Assembly (NCBI GenBank): GCA_018400015.1
Contig: JAGYNB010000001.1
Location: 134,815-198,814, forward strand
DNA: 64,000 bases
Origin: Candidatus Omnitrophota bacterium
GTDB taxonomy: Bacteria; Omnitrophota; Gorgyraeia; Gygaellales; Gygaellaceae
Direction of reading: 5' to 3'
Shown here: piece after piece, positions 1 to 9,707 of the stretch
Position numbering within the stretch: position 1 is the first letter of the stretch
How the letters are laid out: each line of letters opens with the position of its first letter
Position numbers and translations under genes: made by a program
The notes under the pieces: model-generated
What the model saw: the letters and a program-made list of their open reading frames with translations, nothing else
Database searches by the model: none
What the model was told of the DNA's origin: nothing

Positions 1-186
1 ATAATTATTATAAGCGTGATCATGGGTTTTGTAGTGAATTACTCGTGGCAAAATTTTATGTTTACGAATCAGGTTATTAAGCTTGTGATTGTGCTGTGTA
101 TTGGATCGGTTAGTTTTTTAGTTCTAAGTCTGCCGTTTAAAGTTGATGTCACCAGAAGATTTATCTTATGGACAAGAAAAAGATAA
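1..186 (+). CDS. Partial C-terminal end of an upstream hydrophobic/membrane protein (frame 1, stop TAA 184-186)
   Basis: Frame 1 is open from the window edge to 186 and translates to a hydrophobic tail (…VIVLCIGSVSFLVLSLPF…); it overlaps the uvrC start by 19 nt. Confidence 0.3.
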   Translation: MIIISVIMGFVVNYSWQNFMFTNQVIKLVIVLCIGSVSFLVLSLPFKVDVTRRFILWTRKR

Positions 187-1391
187 AATCCCTTCCTGAT
201 GCTCCCGGAGTATATATGATGAGGAATGGTAGAAAACGCATCATATATATCGGTAAAGCAAAATCATTGAGAAAAAGAGTCAGCCAATATTTTAGGAAAA
301 AGTCTGTCTTGGACATAAAAACCGCTAAAATGGTCGGGTATATCCAAAACATTGATTTTATAACTACCGCTACAGAAGATCAGGCATTGATTCTGGAAGC
401 AATGCTTATTCGTAAATACAGACCTTATTACAATATTGAACTTAGAGATGATAAAAGTTTCCCTTTTGTTATGATTACAAAAGACAGATTCCCGCGTGTT
501 TTTATTGTGCGCCCCAAGGAGAAAATAGATGCATTTTATTTCGGTCCATTTACGAGCGCAAATTTATTGCGTAATTGTTTAAAACAGATAAGAAGAATAT
601 TCAGTTTTTGTACATGCAAAAATCCAAAAAAGAGCTGTCTTTATTCCAAGATCGGACTTTGCCCGGGGGCAGATATAAAAGGTAAGAAATTAGTAAGTTA
701 TAAAAGGAACATAAAAAACCTTAGGCTTTTTTTAGAAGGTAAAAACGATAAGCTCTTAGCTGGGTTAAATCAACAGATGCTTGTTGCCAGCCGTAAGAAA
801 GATTATGAAACCGCTATTAGAATAAGGGATCAGATAAGATCTTTCAGCAATCTTACCCAGAATAAAGACATAACTATATTAGAACAGCTTAAGAAAAGCC
901 TGCATCTTAAGAAAATTCCTTTTAGGATTGAGGCGTTTGATATCTCTAACACTTCAGGTACATTTGCAACTGGTGCGATGGTAAGTTTTTTAAATGGTCT
1001 GTACGATAAAAATAACTACAGAAGATTTAAGATTAAGAGTGTTTCAAAAATAGATGATTATGCAATGCTTAAAGAAGTATTGTTACGCCGCTATAGAAGG
1101 GTGATAAAGCAGTCTTTAACGCTACCCGACTTGATTGTTGTTGATGGAGGAAAAGGACAACTTGCTTGCGCAAAGGAGGTTTTAGAGGAGTTGAAGCTCG
1201 ACATAGATTTAATCTCTATAGCCAAAAAAGAGGAAGAGATATTTACACCTATAAGAAACAAGGCTGTTGTTTTGCCTTTTGATTCAAGTAGTTTGCAGTT
1301 TTTAAGGTGCGTGCGCGATGAGGTGCACAGATTTGCGATTAGTTACCATAAACTATTAAGAAAAAAAGGTTTTTTAAGTGAGAAAAAATAG
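168..1391 (+). CDS. uvrC: UvrC-like excinuclease subunit (GIY-YIG nuclease + Cys-rich region + UVR domain + RNase H-like endonuclease domain), ending before the usual C-terminal (HhH)2 domain
   Basis: N-terminal GIY-YIG motif (GVYMMRNGRKRIIYIGKAKSLRKRVSQYF), a Cys cluster (CTCKNPKKSCLYSKIGLCPG) and a UVR-like helix pair (DYETAIRIRDQIRSF). The UvrC core motifs IEAFDISN, YRRFKIK, DDYAMLKEVLLRRY, VVDGGKGQL and RDEVHRFAISYH are present. At 407 aa it is about 200 aa shorter than canonical UvrC and lacks the HhH tail. Confidence 0.8.
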   Translation: MDKKKIKSLPDAPGVYMMRNGRKRIIYIGKAKSLRKRVSQYFRKKSVLDIKTAKMVGYIQNIDFITTATEDQALILEAMLIRKYRPYYNIELRDDKSFPFVMITKDRFPRVFIVRPKEKIDAFYFGPFTSANLLRNCLKQIRRIFSFCTCKNPKKSCLYSKIGLCPGADIKGKKLVSYKRNIKNLRLFLEGKNDKLLAGLNQQMLVASRKKDYETAIRIRDQIRSFSNLTQNKDITILEQLKKSLHLKKIPFRIEAFDISNTSGTFATGAMVSFLNGLYDKNNYRRFKIKSVSKIDDYAMLKEVLLRRYRRVIKQSLTLPDLIVVDGGKGQLACAKEVLEELKLDIDLISIAKKEEEIFTPIRNKAVVLPFDSSSLQFLRCVRDEVHRFAISYHKLLRKKGFLSEKK

Positions 1392-1671
1392 ACAAAATAA
1401 GCTTAGTTCTTTTGATTTTGCAGTTTTTAAGGCAGTTGTTGAAATACCTTTTGCTCAGGTGAGGACTTATAAATGGGTGGCTAAAAGAATCAATCGTCCA
1501 AAGGCTGCGCGCGCTGTGGGAAACAGCCTGAATAAAAACCCTTGGCCTTTATTGGTGCCCTGCCATAGGGTTGTGCGTGCTGACAGCTCTTTAGGCGGCT
1601 ACTCAAAAGGCGAGAAAACTAAGAAAAAATTATTAGATTTAGAGAGAAAAATCAAGGATTTGATGTTATAA
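1378..1671 (+). CDS. Methylated-DNA-protein-cysteine methyltransferase (Ogt/MGMT) DNA-binding/active-site domain protein, 97 aa, GTG start overlapping the uvrC 3' end
   Basis: The classic MGMT acceptor motif PCHRVV (LLVPCHRVVRADSSLGGY) is preceded by the winged-helix segment (FDFAVFKAVVEIPFAQVRTYKWVA). The ORF is in a different frame from uvrC and overlaps it by 14 nt. Confidence 0.7.
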   Translation: MRKNRQNKLSSFDFAVFKAVVEIPFAQVRTYKWVAKRINRPKAARAVGNSLNKNPWPLLVPCHRVVRADSSLGGYSKGEKTKKKLLDLERKIKDLML

Positions 1672-1717
1672 TAAAAAGCGTTATAATTGTTTTTAGTTGT
1701 GAGTTAAGGAGAAGGCA

Positions 1718-2800
1718 ATGGATATAAAGAAATATCTTGATCAGATGGTGGAAAAGAACGCATCGGATTTATTTATCAGAGTCGGCGGTCCTGTAAGGAT
1801 GCGTATTGCCGGAAGGATATTTGCCGTGGATACAAAACCTTTGGAGCTTACGGATGTAAAACAGGCAATTAGTGATCTGACCACTCCACAGCAGCTTAAT
1901 ACTCTTGAAACCAAGCGCGACGTTGATTTTGCTATAACCATGTATGTGCGCGAATTCGACAGGCGGTTCCGCGCAAGCATTTTTCATCAGCGTAATACCC
2001 CGGCTATTGTCATCAGGCTTATAAGGAATAATATAGATACCTTTAAGGAGTTGTTGCTTCCGTCTAAGGTTTTGACTGATCTTTCACTAGAATCACGCGG
2101 GTTGATATTATTTACCGGTACCACCGGAAGCGGTAAGTCCACCACCTTGGCAAGCATGATTGAATATATAAATAGTAATTGTCAAAAGCATGTGTTGACT
2201 CTTGAAGAGCCGATCGAATTTGTATTTAGAGATAAAATCTCGATTATAAACCAAAGAGAATTAGGTATGGATGTTTCAGATTATCCTACGGCACTAAGGG
2301 CGTTTACGTTACAAAGTCCCGATGTTATTTTTATCGGTAATATCCGCGATCAGGATACGATGTTTGCAGCGATGAACGCAGCCGAGACAGGCGTGTTGGT
2401 TTTAAGCACTTTACATACTGTAAACGCAATGCAGACAATTGAACGTATTATTAATTTTTTCCCTCCTTATCAGCATAATGAGATAAGGATGCAGTTATCT
2501 TTACTTTTAAAGGGCGTTATTTCTTTAAGACTTATTCCTACAACAGACGGCTTAAATAGAGTTCCTGCCTGTGAGGTAATGGTGAATACGCCTACTGTAT
2601 CCAGGTTAATCCGCGAGGGAAAAACCTGGGAGATTCCACAGTATATCGAACAGGGAGAGCTTTTTGGCATGCAGACATTCAACCAAGCCTTGGCAAAACT
2701 TGTAAAAGAAGGTTCCATAACAGAAGAAGTTGCGTGTGATTTTTCCGACAATAAAGATGAGTTTTATCTGATGTTAAAAGGTATTAAGAAAGGACAGTAG
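1718..2800 (+). CDS. pilT: Type IV pilus retraction (twitching motility) ATPase PilT/PilU family
   Basis: Walker A motif GTTGSGKSTT in the expected PilT position, overall PilT-like layout, about 360 aa, and a good SD (aaggagaagg) before the ATG. Confidence 0.85.
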   Translation: MDIKKYLDQMVEKNASDLFIRVGGPVRMRIAGRIFAVDTKPLELTDVKQAISDLTTPQQLNTLETKRDVDFAITMYVREFDRRFRASIFHQRNTPAIVIRLIRNNIDTFKELLLPSKVLTDLSLESRGLILFTGTTGSGKSTTLASMIEYINSNCQKHVLTLEEPIEFVFRDKISIINQRELGMDVSDYPTALRAFTLQSPDVIFIGNIRDQDTMFAAMNAAETGVLVLSTLHTVNAMQTIERIINFFPPYQHNEIRMQLSLLLKGVISLRLIPTTDGLNRVPACEVMVNTPTVSRLIREGKTWEIPQYIEQGELFGMQTFNQALAKLVKEGSITEEVACDFSDNKDEFYLMLKGIKKGQ

Positions 2801-2807
2801 TTTTATT

Positions 2808-3912
2808 ATGCGTGAGCTGATTACAAGAAACTTAGAAACATTAAAAGAAAAATTAGATTACCTACGAGGTTATCTTTGAGATAGAGAAAAAAAATGAACG
2901 CTTATGCCAGTTAAACGAACTTATTTCTAAACCTGATTTTTTTAAAGATGAAACTAATTCCAGAAAAGTTCTTACTGAATTGAAGCGTTTAAAGTCGCTT
3001 GTCAATCCTTGGCTCGAAGCCAATAATGAATTCATCGAGCTAAATGAATTATTAGAAATAGTTGAGGAAGAAGATACGAATGCTTTATCACAGTTGAATA
3101 ATGATGCTTCAGCTCTTTTAAAAAAAATAGAGGCAATGGATTTTAACCTGCTTTTTTGCGGTGAATTCGATAATAATAATTCGATTCTCAGTATCAATGC
3201 CGGAGCAGGCGGAACAGAATCTTGCGACTGGGTGAGCATGCTTTTGAGGATGTATGTAAGGTTCTGTGAAAGAAAAGGCTTCAAGGCTAAAACCGTGGAT
3301 TTACTCGAAGGCGAAGAAGCAGGAATTAAAAATGTAACACTTTTTATAACCGGAGATAATTCTTTCGGGTTTCTAAAAGCTGAGCGCGGAGTTCACCGTC
3401 TGGTGAGGATTTCACCGTTTGATTCCAATAAAAGAAGACATACTTCTTTTGCTTCGGTTGACGTAATCCCTGAGATTGAAGATGATACGGAAGTTGCTTT
3501 GGATGATAAGGATTTAAAAATCGATGTGTACCGAGCTTCTGGTAAGGGAGGCCAAGGGGTAAATACCACTGATTCGGCAGTGCGCATTACGCATTTACCC
3601 ACGGGGATTGTGGTTACTTGTCAGAACGAAAGATCGCAGTTTCAGAATAAACAGAATGCTTTAAAAGTGCTTCGAGCGAGGCTTTATGAAAAGATGCAGA
3701 GCGAGAAGGAAGAAAAGCTTCAGAAACAAGGAAGCGATAAAAGAAAAATTGAATGGGGCAGTCAGATTCGTTCTTATGTAATGCATCCGTATAATATGGT
3801 AAAAGACCACCGCACAAAGACAGAAACTTCAAACGTACAGGCAGTGATGGACGGAGAACTGGAAGAATTTATGTTCGCCTTTTTAAAACAACAAAAAAAC
3901 AACAATGATTAA
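2808..3912 (+). CDS. prfB: Peptide chain release factor 2, produced by a programmed +1 ribosomal frameshift (frame 0 2808-2876, then +1 frame 2878-3912)
   Basis: A short upstream ORF ([23 protein letters not shown]) ends at an in-frame TGA within the canonical AGG…CTT TGA G shift site. The +1 frame continues into the 310-aa ORF carrying the GGQ motif ([20 protein letters not shown]) and the RF2 SPF motif ([13 protein letters not shown]). Confidence 0.9.
2862..2880 (+). promoter_or_regulatory. prfB programmed +1 frameshift site: internal SD-like AGG, then slippery CTT followed by TGA stop (CTT 2874-2876, TGA 2877-2879)
   Basis: Sequence cctacgAGGttatCTTTGAg. It matches the conserved RF2 autoregulatory frameshift cassette (SD-like element, CUU UGA, then C or G). 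Confidence 0.85.
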
Positions 3913-6742
3913 ATTCTTTATGAATAAGATTATCGGTACGCAGAATAAGCGAGAAATCAAGCGCTATAGTGAAATTGTAATTAAAATAAACTCTTTTGAG
4001 GATAAGATTTCAGCTTTATCAGATGAGCAGCTGCGCGCTAAGACCGATGAATTTAAAAATAGGATTCGTTCTGGCTATGAGTCTTTAGCGAATAAAATAT
4101 CTCTTCTTGAGAAAGAATTCGAATCTTGCAGTCCGCAGGAAAGACAAAAGAAGAAGGCAGATCTAAAGAAAATCCGCAGTCAGGTTTTTGATGATATTTT
4201 ACCTGAAGCATTTGCCGTAGTCAGGGAAACAGCCAAACGAAAAATCAATATGCGTCACTTTGACGTGCAGCTTATTGGTGGGCTAGCGCTTCATGAAGGA
4301 AAGATTGCGGAAATGGTAACGGGCGAAGGCAAGACGCTTGTTGCAACCTTGCCTGCTTATTTAAATGCTCTTTTAGGTAAAGGAGTTCATATTGTAACCG
4401 TAAATGATTATTTGGCAAGAAGAGACCGCGACTGGATGGGGCCTGTTTTTGAAGAGTTGGGTTTAACTGTAGGAGTAATACAGCACGATATGCTTCCCGA
4501 CCAGAGAAAAAATGCCTATAACTGCGATATTGTTTATGGTACGAATAATGAATTTGGGTTTGATTATTTAAGGGATAATATGGTTATCGATAAGCGCGAG
4601 ATGGTACAAAGGTCTTTTTATTATGCTATTGTTGATGAAGTCGATTCCATTTTAATCGATGAAGCGCGTACCCCTTTGATTATTTCCGGTCCTACCGAAG
4701 TAACCACGGATATTTATTATAAGGCAAAGGATATTGCCTCTTCTTTAAAAGGAAAACGTATAACTCAAAAAGACGAGATCAATGCCAAGTATGAGGGCAG
4801 GGACTTGTATGAAGGCGTTGATTATATTGCTGACGAAAAGGCGAATACGGTTTCGCTATCTGATGAAGCTGAAGCAAAGGTATCTTCGATGTTCGGAATA
4901 AGTTCAATTCATGATATCGACACGATAGAATACCGACATCAAATAATGGCTGCTTTAAAGGCGAAGGAATTTTTTCAGAAAGATGTCGACTATGTTATAA
5001 AAAACGGTCAGGTAATTATTGTTGACGAGTTTACCGGACGCCTCATGCCGGGAAGGCGCTGGTCTGATGGTCTGCACCAGGCAATAGAGGCAAAAGAAGG
5101 TTTAAAAATTGAAAAAGAAAATCAGACTCTTGCCACGATTACCCTGCAGAATTATTTTAGGATGTATGAAAAGCTTTCCGGTATGACCGGGACTGCTTAT
5201 ACCGAAGCAGGAGAGTTTAAACATATATATGATTTGGACGTTATCGTGGTTCCTACAAATAAACCATTGATTAGGGCAAATTATCCCGATGCGGTATATA
5301 AAAGCGAGAAGGAAAAATTCGATGCCGTTGTTGATGAAATAACCCAGTTTTATAATTCTGGTCGTCCTGTGCTTGTTGGTACGATTTCAATTGAAAGATC
5401 GGAATTTATTTCAAACATGCTTACGCAAAGAGGTATTACCCATAATATTCTCAATGCCAAGTATCATGAACGCGAAGCACATATCATTGCCCAGGCAGGA
5501 AGGTTTAAGGCTGTGACTATTGCTACGAATATGGCAGGAAGAGGAACTGATATCCTTTTAGGAGGAAACCCTGAATTTATGGCCAAAGTAATAGTTGAAC
5601 AATCCGGAATATCCGCAGAAGATGCGTCATTTAGTCAGGCCTATAAGGAAAAATTAGCGGAATTAAAACTTACGATTGATAAAGAACACGAACAGGTTGT
5701 TCAGCTTGGCGGATTGCACATTATTGGAACAGAACGTCATGAAGCAAGAAGAATCGATAATCAGCTCCGGGGTCGTTCTGGACGTCAAGGGGACCCGGGT
5801 TCATCAAGGTTTTATGTAAGTTTGGAAGATGAATTAATGCGGCTTTTCGGTTCTGATAGGCTTATTGGTCTTATGGATAAATTGGGCTTAGAAGACGGTC
5901 AAGTCATTGAACATCCATGGGTTTCCAGATCTATTGAAATGGCTCAGAAAAGAGTAGAGGGGCATAATTTCGAAATTAGAAAGCATCTGTTGGAGTATGA
6001 TAATGTGATGAATAAACAGCGCGAGATTATCTACCATCAGAGAAAAATGGTTTTAGAAGGTCAGAACATAAAGGGACAGATAGCCGATTTTAGAAATGAT
6101 GTTATTGATACTGAATTCGAGTATTTATTTCCAGAAGGATTGGAAGATAATATTGCAGATAAAATTATAAACTGGCTTTCTTTGAAGTTTAATATAGCAG
6201 TTGATAAGAAAATCATTGAGAGCTTAAACCGGACGCAGCAGAAAGAGAAAATAAAAAAGATTTTGGATTTTGCTTATACGGAAAAAGAAAAACTTTTAGG
6301 TGATGATGCGCGATTTTTAGAAAGAATGATCATGCTGCAGATAATCGACAGTAAATGGAAGGATCATCTTTATGCTATGGATTATCTGCGAGAAGGTATA
6401 GGTCTGCGTAGTTACGGCCAGAGAGACCCGTTAATAGAATATCAGAAAGAGGCGTTTAACAGTTTTCAGGAGATGATTTATTCGATTAAGCGTGAAATAA
6501 TCCAGGCTTTATTCAAGGTAAATAAAGCCAAGGAAAAAAGAGTTAAAAGCGTATTTGAGCGGATAAACCAGAATTTTGTACATGAGCAGATATCCGGGTT
6601 GGCACTTCCTGAAAAAGAAAATCCACAAAAAGAGCAAAATAAGCCTTCAGAGACATTCAAACGTTCATCTAAGAAAGTCGGCAGGAACGACCCCTGTCCT
6701 TGCGGTTCTGGTAAAAAATACAAAAAATGCTGCGGAAGTTAG
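3905..6742 (+). CDS. secA: Preprotein translocase ATPase SecA
   Basis: 945 aa with DEAD-like motor motifs ([39 protein letters not shown]) and the C-terminal zinc-binding tail [14 protein letters not shown]. Confidence 0.95.
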   Translation: MIKFFMNKIIGTQNKREIKRYSEIVIKINSFEDKISALSDEQLRAKTDEFKNRIRSGYESLANKISLLEKEFESCSPQERQKKKADLKKIRSQVFDDILPEAFAVVRETAKRKINMRHFDVQLIGGLALHEGKIAEMVTGEGKTLVATLPAYLNALLGKGVHIVTVNDYLARRDRDWMGPVFEELGLTVGVIQHDMLPDQRKNAYNCDIVYGTNNEFGFDYLRDNMVIDKREMVQRSFYYAIVDEVDSILIDEARTPLIISGPTEVTTDIYYKAKDIASSLKGKRITQKDEINAKYEGRDLYEGVDYIADEKANTVSLSDEAEAKVSSMFGISSIHDIDTIEYRHQIMAALKAKEFFQKDVDYVIKNGQVIIVDEFTGRLMPGRRWSDGLHQAIEAKEGLKIEKENQTLATITLQNYFRMYEKLSGMTGTAYTEAGEFKHIYDLDVIVVPTNKPLIRANYPDAVYKSEKEKFDAVVDEITQFYNSGRPVLVGTISIERSEFISNMLTQRGITHNILNAKYHEREAHIIAQAGRFKAVTIATNMAGRGTDILLGGNPEFMAKVIVEQSGISAEDASFSQAYKEKLAELKLTIDKEHEQVVQLGGLHIIGTERHEARRIDNQLRGRSGRQGDPGSSRFYVSLEDELMRLFGSDRLIGLMDKLGLEDGQVIEHPWVSRSIEMAQKRVEGHNFEIRKHLLEYDNVMNKQREIIYHQRKMVLEGQNIKGQIADFRNDVIDTEFEYLFPEGLEDNIADKIINWLSLKFNIAVDKKIIESLNRTQQKEKIKKILDFAYTEKEKLLGDDARFLERMIMLQIIDSKWKDHLYAMDYLREGIGLRSYGQRDPLIEYQKEAFNSFQEMIYSIKREIIQALFKVNKAKEKRVKSVFERINQNFVHEQISGLALPEKENPQKEQNKPSETFKRSSKKVGRNDPCPCGSGKKYKKCCGS

Positions 6743-8244
6743 AGTTGTTTAAAAATATGCTGCTATCTTTGTTAACTGCTTTTATTTTAGCTTTGTCTTT
6801 TCCTATTTTTGATTTCCCTATTCTTGCCTGGGTAGCTTTTGTTCCATTATTTTTTATATTAGAAAACAATAGGCCGAGAAACAGCTTTATTTTAGGTTTT
6901 TTTGCAGGTTCAGTTTTCTGGTTGGCTATAATCTATTGGCTAAAGTATGTTACCTGGCTGGGATTAGTGTTATTGAGCGTTTATCTTGCAGTATATTTTG
7001 CTTTGTTCAGTCTTTTCACTTCGCAGATTTTAAGATCTAAAAAGAAAGGACTTTTCTTAATACCGGCTGTTTGGGTCGTTTTGGAATTTATCAGGGCCAA
7101 TATACTAAGCGGATTCGGCTGGGCGCTTTTAGGTTATTCACAGTATAAAAACATTTTAATTATTCAGTTCGCTGATTTGATCGGAAGTTTCGGGGTGTCA
7201 TTTTTGGTAATGTTGGTTAATGTGTTTATATATTTACTCCTTAAAAGCATAGTTGCAAAAAATGTTATAATCTCGAGAAAACAAATATCAATTGTTTTAC
7301 TCGTTATTGTTTTGGTAATTGCTTACGGTATAGTGAAATTGGGTAGTAAAGAAGAATATTCTTCTTATAGAATTGGTATTGTTCAGGGTAATATCGCACA
7401 GGATAAAAAATGGGATAGTGCATTATCAAAAGAAATATTTTCTAAATATAGCCAGCTTACCCATTCAGCAATCCTAGATGAACCCGATTTAATAATCTGG
7501 CCGGAGACTGCACTGCCCTTTTACGTAAATCTGGACAAAGATAATCTTAAAAATATAAAAGACCTGCTAAGTATTTTTAAAAAACCAATACTCATAGGGT
7601 CTATTTTATTTAAGGATAATGATTTTTATAATAGCGCCTTGCTTTTTAATTATGGCGAACTGCAGCGATATGATAAGATCCATCTTGTGCCGTTCGGTGA
7701 GTATATACCTTTTCGAGAAAAGTTTCCTTTTCTGGAGGCGATAGTTAATATGGTTATGCCCATAGAGGATTTAAAGTTTGGGCAAAGCTACACTATTTTT
7801 GATACAGGGATAAAACTAGGCGCGCTTATTTGTTTTGAGGATACAGCAAGTTATCTATCGCGGAATTTCGTAAGAGGCGGTGCGCAGTTATTGGTGAATA
7901 TTACTAATGACGCCTGGTTTATGGACTCTTCAAGCCCTTATCAGCACCTGCAGGCTTCAGTTTTTCGGGCAGTGGAAAATAGAGTTCCTCTGGTCAGATG
8001 TGCTAATACGGGAGTGAGCTGTTTTATTAATAAAAACGGGTTGATCAGTTCTTCTGTAAAAGACAAACAGGGAAAAATGACTTTTAGTGACGGATATTTA
8101 GTAAAGGAAATTAAAATAAGCAAAAACCAGGATCTTAGTTTTTATAATAGATACCCGTTTATACTAATTTTCCTTTGTGTATTTTTAATTGTCCATAGGT
8201 TTATTATATATCTCCTAGATTCTAGAATCAAGAAAGGAGCTTGA
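6727..8244 (+). CDS. lnt: Apolipoprotein N-acyltransferase (N-terminal polytopic membrane domain + CN-hydrolase domain)
   Basis: N-terminal multi-TM region, then a nitrilase-like domain ([10 protein letters not shown]…[11 protein letters not shown]). Size and architecture are typical of Lnt. Overlaps the secA stop by 16 nt. Confidence 0.8.
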   Translation: MLRKLELFKNMLLSLLTAFILALSFPIFDFPILAWVAFVPLFFILENNRPRNSFILGFFAGSVFWLAIIYWLKYVTWLGLVLLSVYLAVYFALFSLFTSQILRSKKKGLFLIPAVWVVLEFIRANILSGFGWALLGYSQYKNILIIQFADLIGSFGVSFLVMLVNVFIYLLLKSIVAKNVIISRKQISIVLLVIVLVIAYGIVKLGSKEEYSSYRIGIVQGNIAQDKKWDSALSKEIFSKYSQLTHSAILDEPDLIIWPETALPFYVNLDKDNLKNIKDLLSIFKKPILIGSILFKDNDFYNSALLFNYGELQRYDKIHLVPFGEYIPFREKFPFLEAIVNMVMPIEDLKFGQSYTIFDTGIKLGALICFEDTASYLSRNFVRGGAQLLVNITNDAWFMDSSSPYQHLQASVFRAVENRVPLVRCANTGVSCFINKNGLISSSVKDKQGKMTFSDGYLVKEIKISKNQDLSFYNRYPFILIFLCVFLIVHRFIIYLLDSRIKKGA

Positions 8245-8247
8245 TTT

Positions 8248-8733
8248 ATGGAGCTAAAAACAATAAAGATTAAGAAAAATGATACCGATAATATCATTAT
8301 AGGACAGGCGCATTTTATAAAAACCGTAGAAGACCTATACGAGGTATTGGTAAGCAGTGTTCCGGGAATCAAGTTTGGCCTTGCTTTTTCTGAAGCTTCA
8401 GGTGCGTGCCTGGTGAGAAGCGAAGGAACGGATAATGAACTTAAGAAACTTGCTGAGGAAAATGCGCTTAATGTAGCTGCGGGTCATTCTTTTTATATAA
8501 TACTGCGCGATACATACCCGATAAATGTTTTAAATGCGATAAAAAATATCCAAGAGGTCTGTAGGGTTTTTTGTGCCACGGCCAATCCTTTGGAGGTTTT
8601 GGTAGCTGAAATAAAAACAGGCCGTGGTATTATCGGTGTGATAGACGGTTCGTCTCCAGTGGGGGTTGAGTCAGAACAGGATATCCGCTGGCGCAAGGAT
8701 TTACTACGTGAAATAGGCTATAAGAGAGACTAA
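8248..8733 (+). CDS. Conserved small cytosolic protein, possibly of the adenosine-specific-kinase-like (PF04008) family
   Basis: 161-aa soluble protein (GQAHFIKTVEDL…AAGHSFYIIL…GVIDGSSPVGVE). The family assignment is from memory only. Confidence 0.35.
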   Translation: MELKTIKIKKNDTDNIIIGQAHFIKTVEDLYEVLVSSVPGIKFGLAFSEASGACLVRSEGTDNELKKLAEENALNVAAGHSFYIILRDTYPINVLNAIKNIQEVCRVFCATANPLEVLVAEIKTGRGIIGVIDGSSPVGVESEQDIRWRKDLLREIGYKRD

Positions 8734-8740
8734 ATTTTTC

Positions 8741-8769
8741 TTGAAAACAGAAGCCAATTTGTTATAATT
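8741..8769 (+). promoter_or_regulatory. Sigma70-like promoter (TTGAAA-17 nt-TATAAT) upstream of the acyltransferase gene
   Basis: TTGAAA at 8741-8746, a 17-nt spacer, and TATAAT at 8764-8769. A second TATAAT lies at 8774-8779. Confidence 0.35.
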
Positions 8770-8789
8770 TTGTATAATTTACAATAGCT

Positions 8790-9707
8790 ATGACAATAAA
8801 AAATAAATTAAGGGCATTCAGAAGAACCTTAGGATACATTTTTTTGCAGTTTGTGTTCTGGGTGGTATATTTTATCCCGCTGGACTGGCTTAAGGCTTTT
8901 GCTAAGCTTTTGGCGAAGACAGGATATTACCTGTTTTATAAACATAGAAACTTGGCTATGCATAGCCTTGAAATTGCTTTTGGTAAAGAACTTGATAGTG
9001 AAAAGAAGAAGACGATCGCAAAGGATTCGTTTCGATATATGCTTGAGGGGGCATTTGAGCTGCTTTATTGTGGAAGACATCTAGACGTAGTTAAACGCAT
9101 TGTAAGGGTCCAAGGAATAGAGAATCTTACTAGTGCCTTGGCGAAAAAAAGAGGCGTAATAGCAGTAACTGCACATTTCGGTAATTTTCCTGTAATGCAG
9201 TTTAAACTTGCCCAGGAAGGTTACCAGGTAAATTCTATTATTAGGCATATGAGAGACCCTTTAGCGGATAAGTTTTTTCTTCAAAAACGCAATGACTGGG
9301 GGGTTAAAACCATATACAAAGAACCGCGTACAGCCTGCGTTAACCAGAGCATAAAATCATTAAAGAATAACGAGATTCTTTTTATTCTTCTTGATCAAAA
9401 TTTCGGCACGGGAGGAGTATTTGTTAATTTTTTCAATAGAAAAGCAGCCACGGCAACCGGTCCGGTTATTTTAGCACAAAGAACCAATGCGGTGATTCTG
9501 CCGATGTTTATCGTTCATGACCAGACTGGAAAACATGTGCTTTTGATAGATAAAGAATTCGAGCTTATTAACTCAGCTGATAAAAAACAAACTATCCAGG
9601 TAAATACACAGCGTTTGACAGATATTATCGAAAGTTATATCAGAAAATATCCTGCGGAGTGGAGCTGGATACATAAGCGCTGGAAAACACAACCTAAAAC
9701 TGCATAG
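8790..9707 (+). CDS. Lipid A biosynthesis lauroyl/myristoyl acyltransferase (LpxL/HtrB family, lysophospholipid acyltransferase superfamily)
   Basis: N-terminal membrane anchor and LpxL-like core (VTAHFGNFPVMQ…ILLDQNFGTGGVFVNFFNRKAATATGP…ILPMFIV), about 305 aa. Confidence 0.7.
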   Translation: MTIKNKLRAFRRTLGYIFLQFVFWVVYFIPLDWLKAFAKLLAKTGYYLFYKHRNLAMHSLEIAFGKELDSEKKKTIAKDSFRYMLEGAFELLYCGRHLDVVKRIVRVQGIENLTSALAKKRGVIAVTAHFGNFPVMQFKLAQEGYQVNSIIRHMRDPLADKFFLQKRNDWGVKTIYKEPRTACVNQSIKSLKNNEILFILLDQNFGTGGVFVNFFNRKAATATGPVILAQRTNAVILPMFIVHDQTGKHVLLIDKEFELINSADKKQTIQVNTQRLTDIIESYIRKYPAEWSWIHKRWKTQPKTA

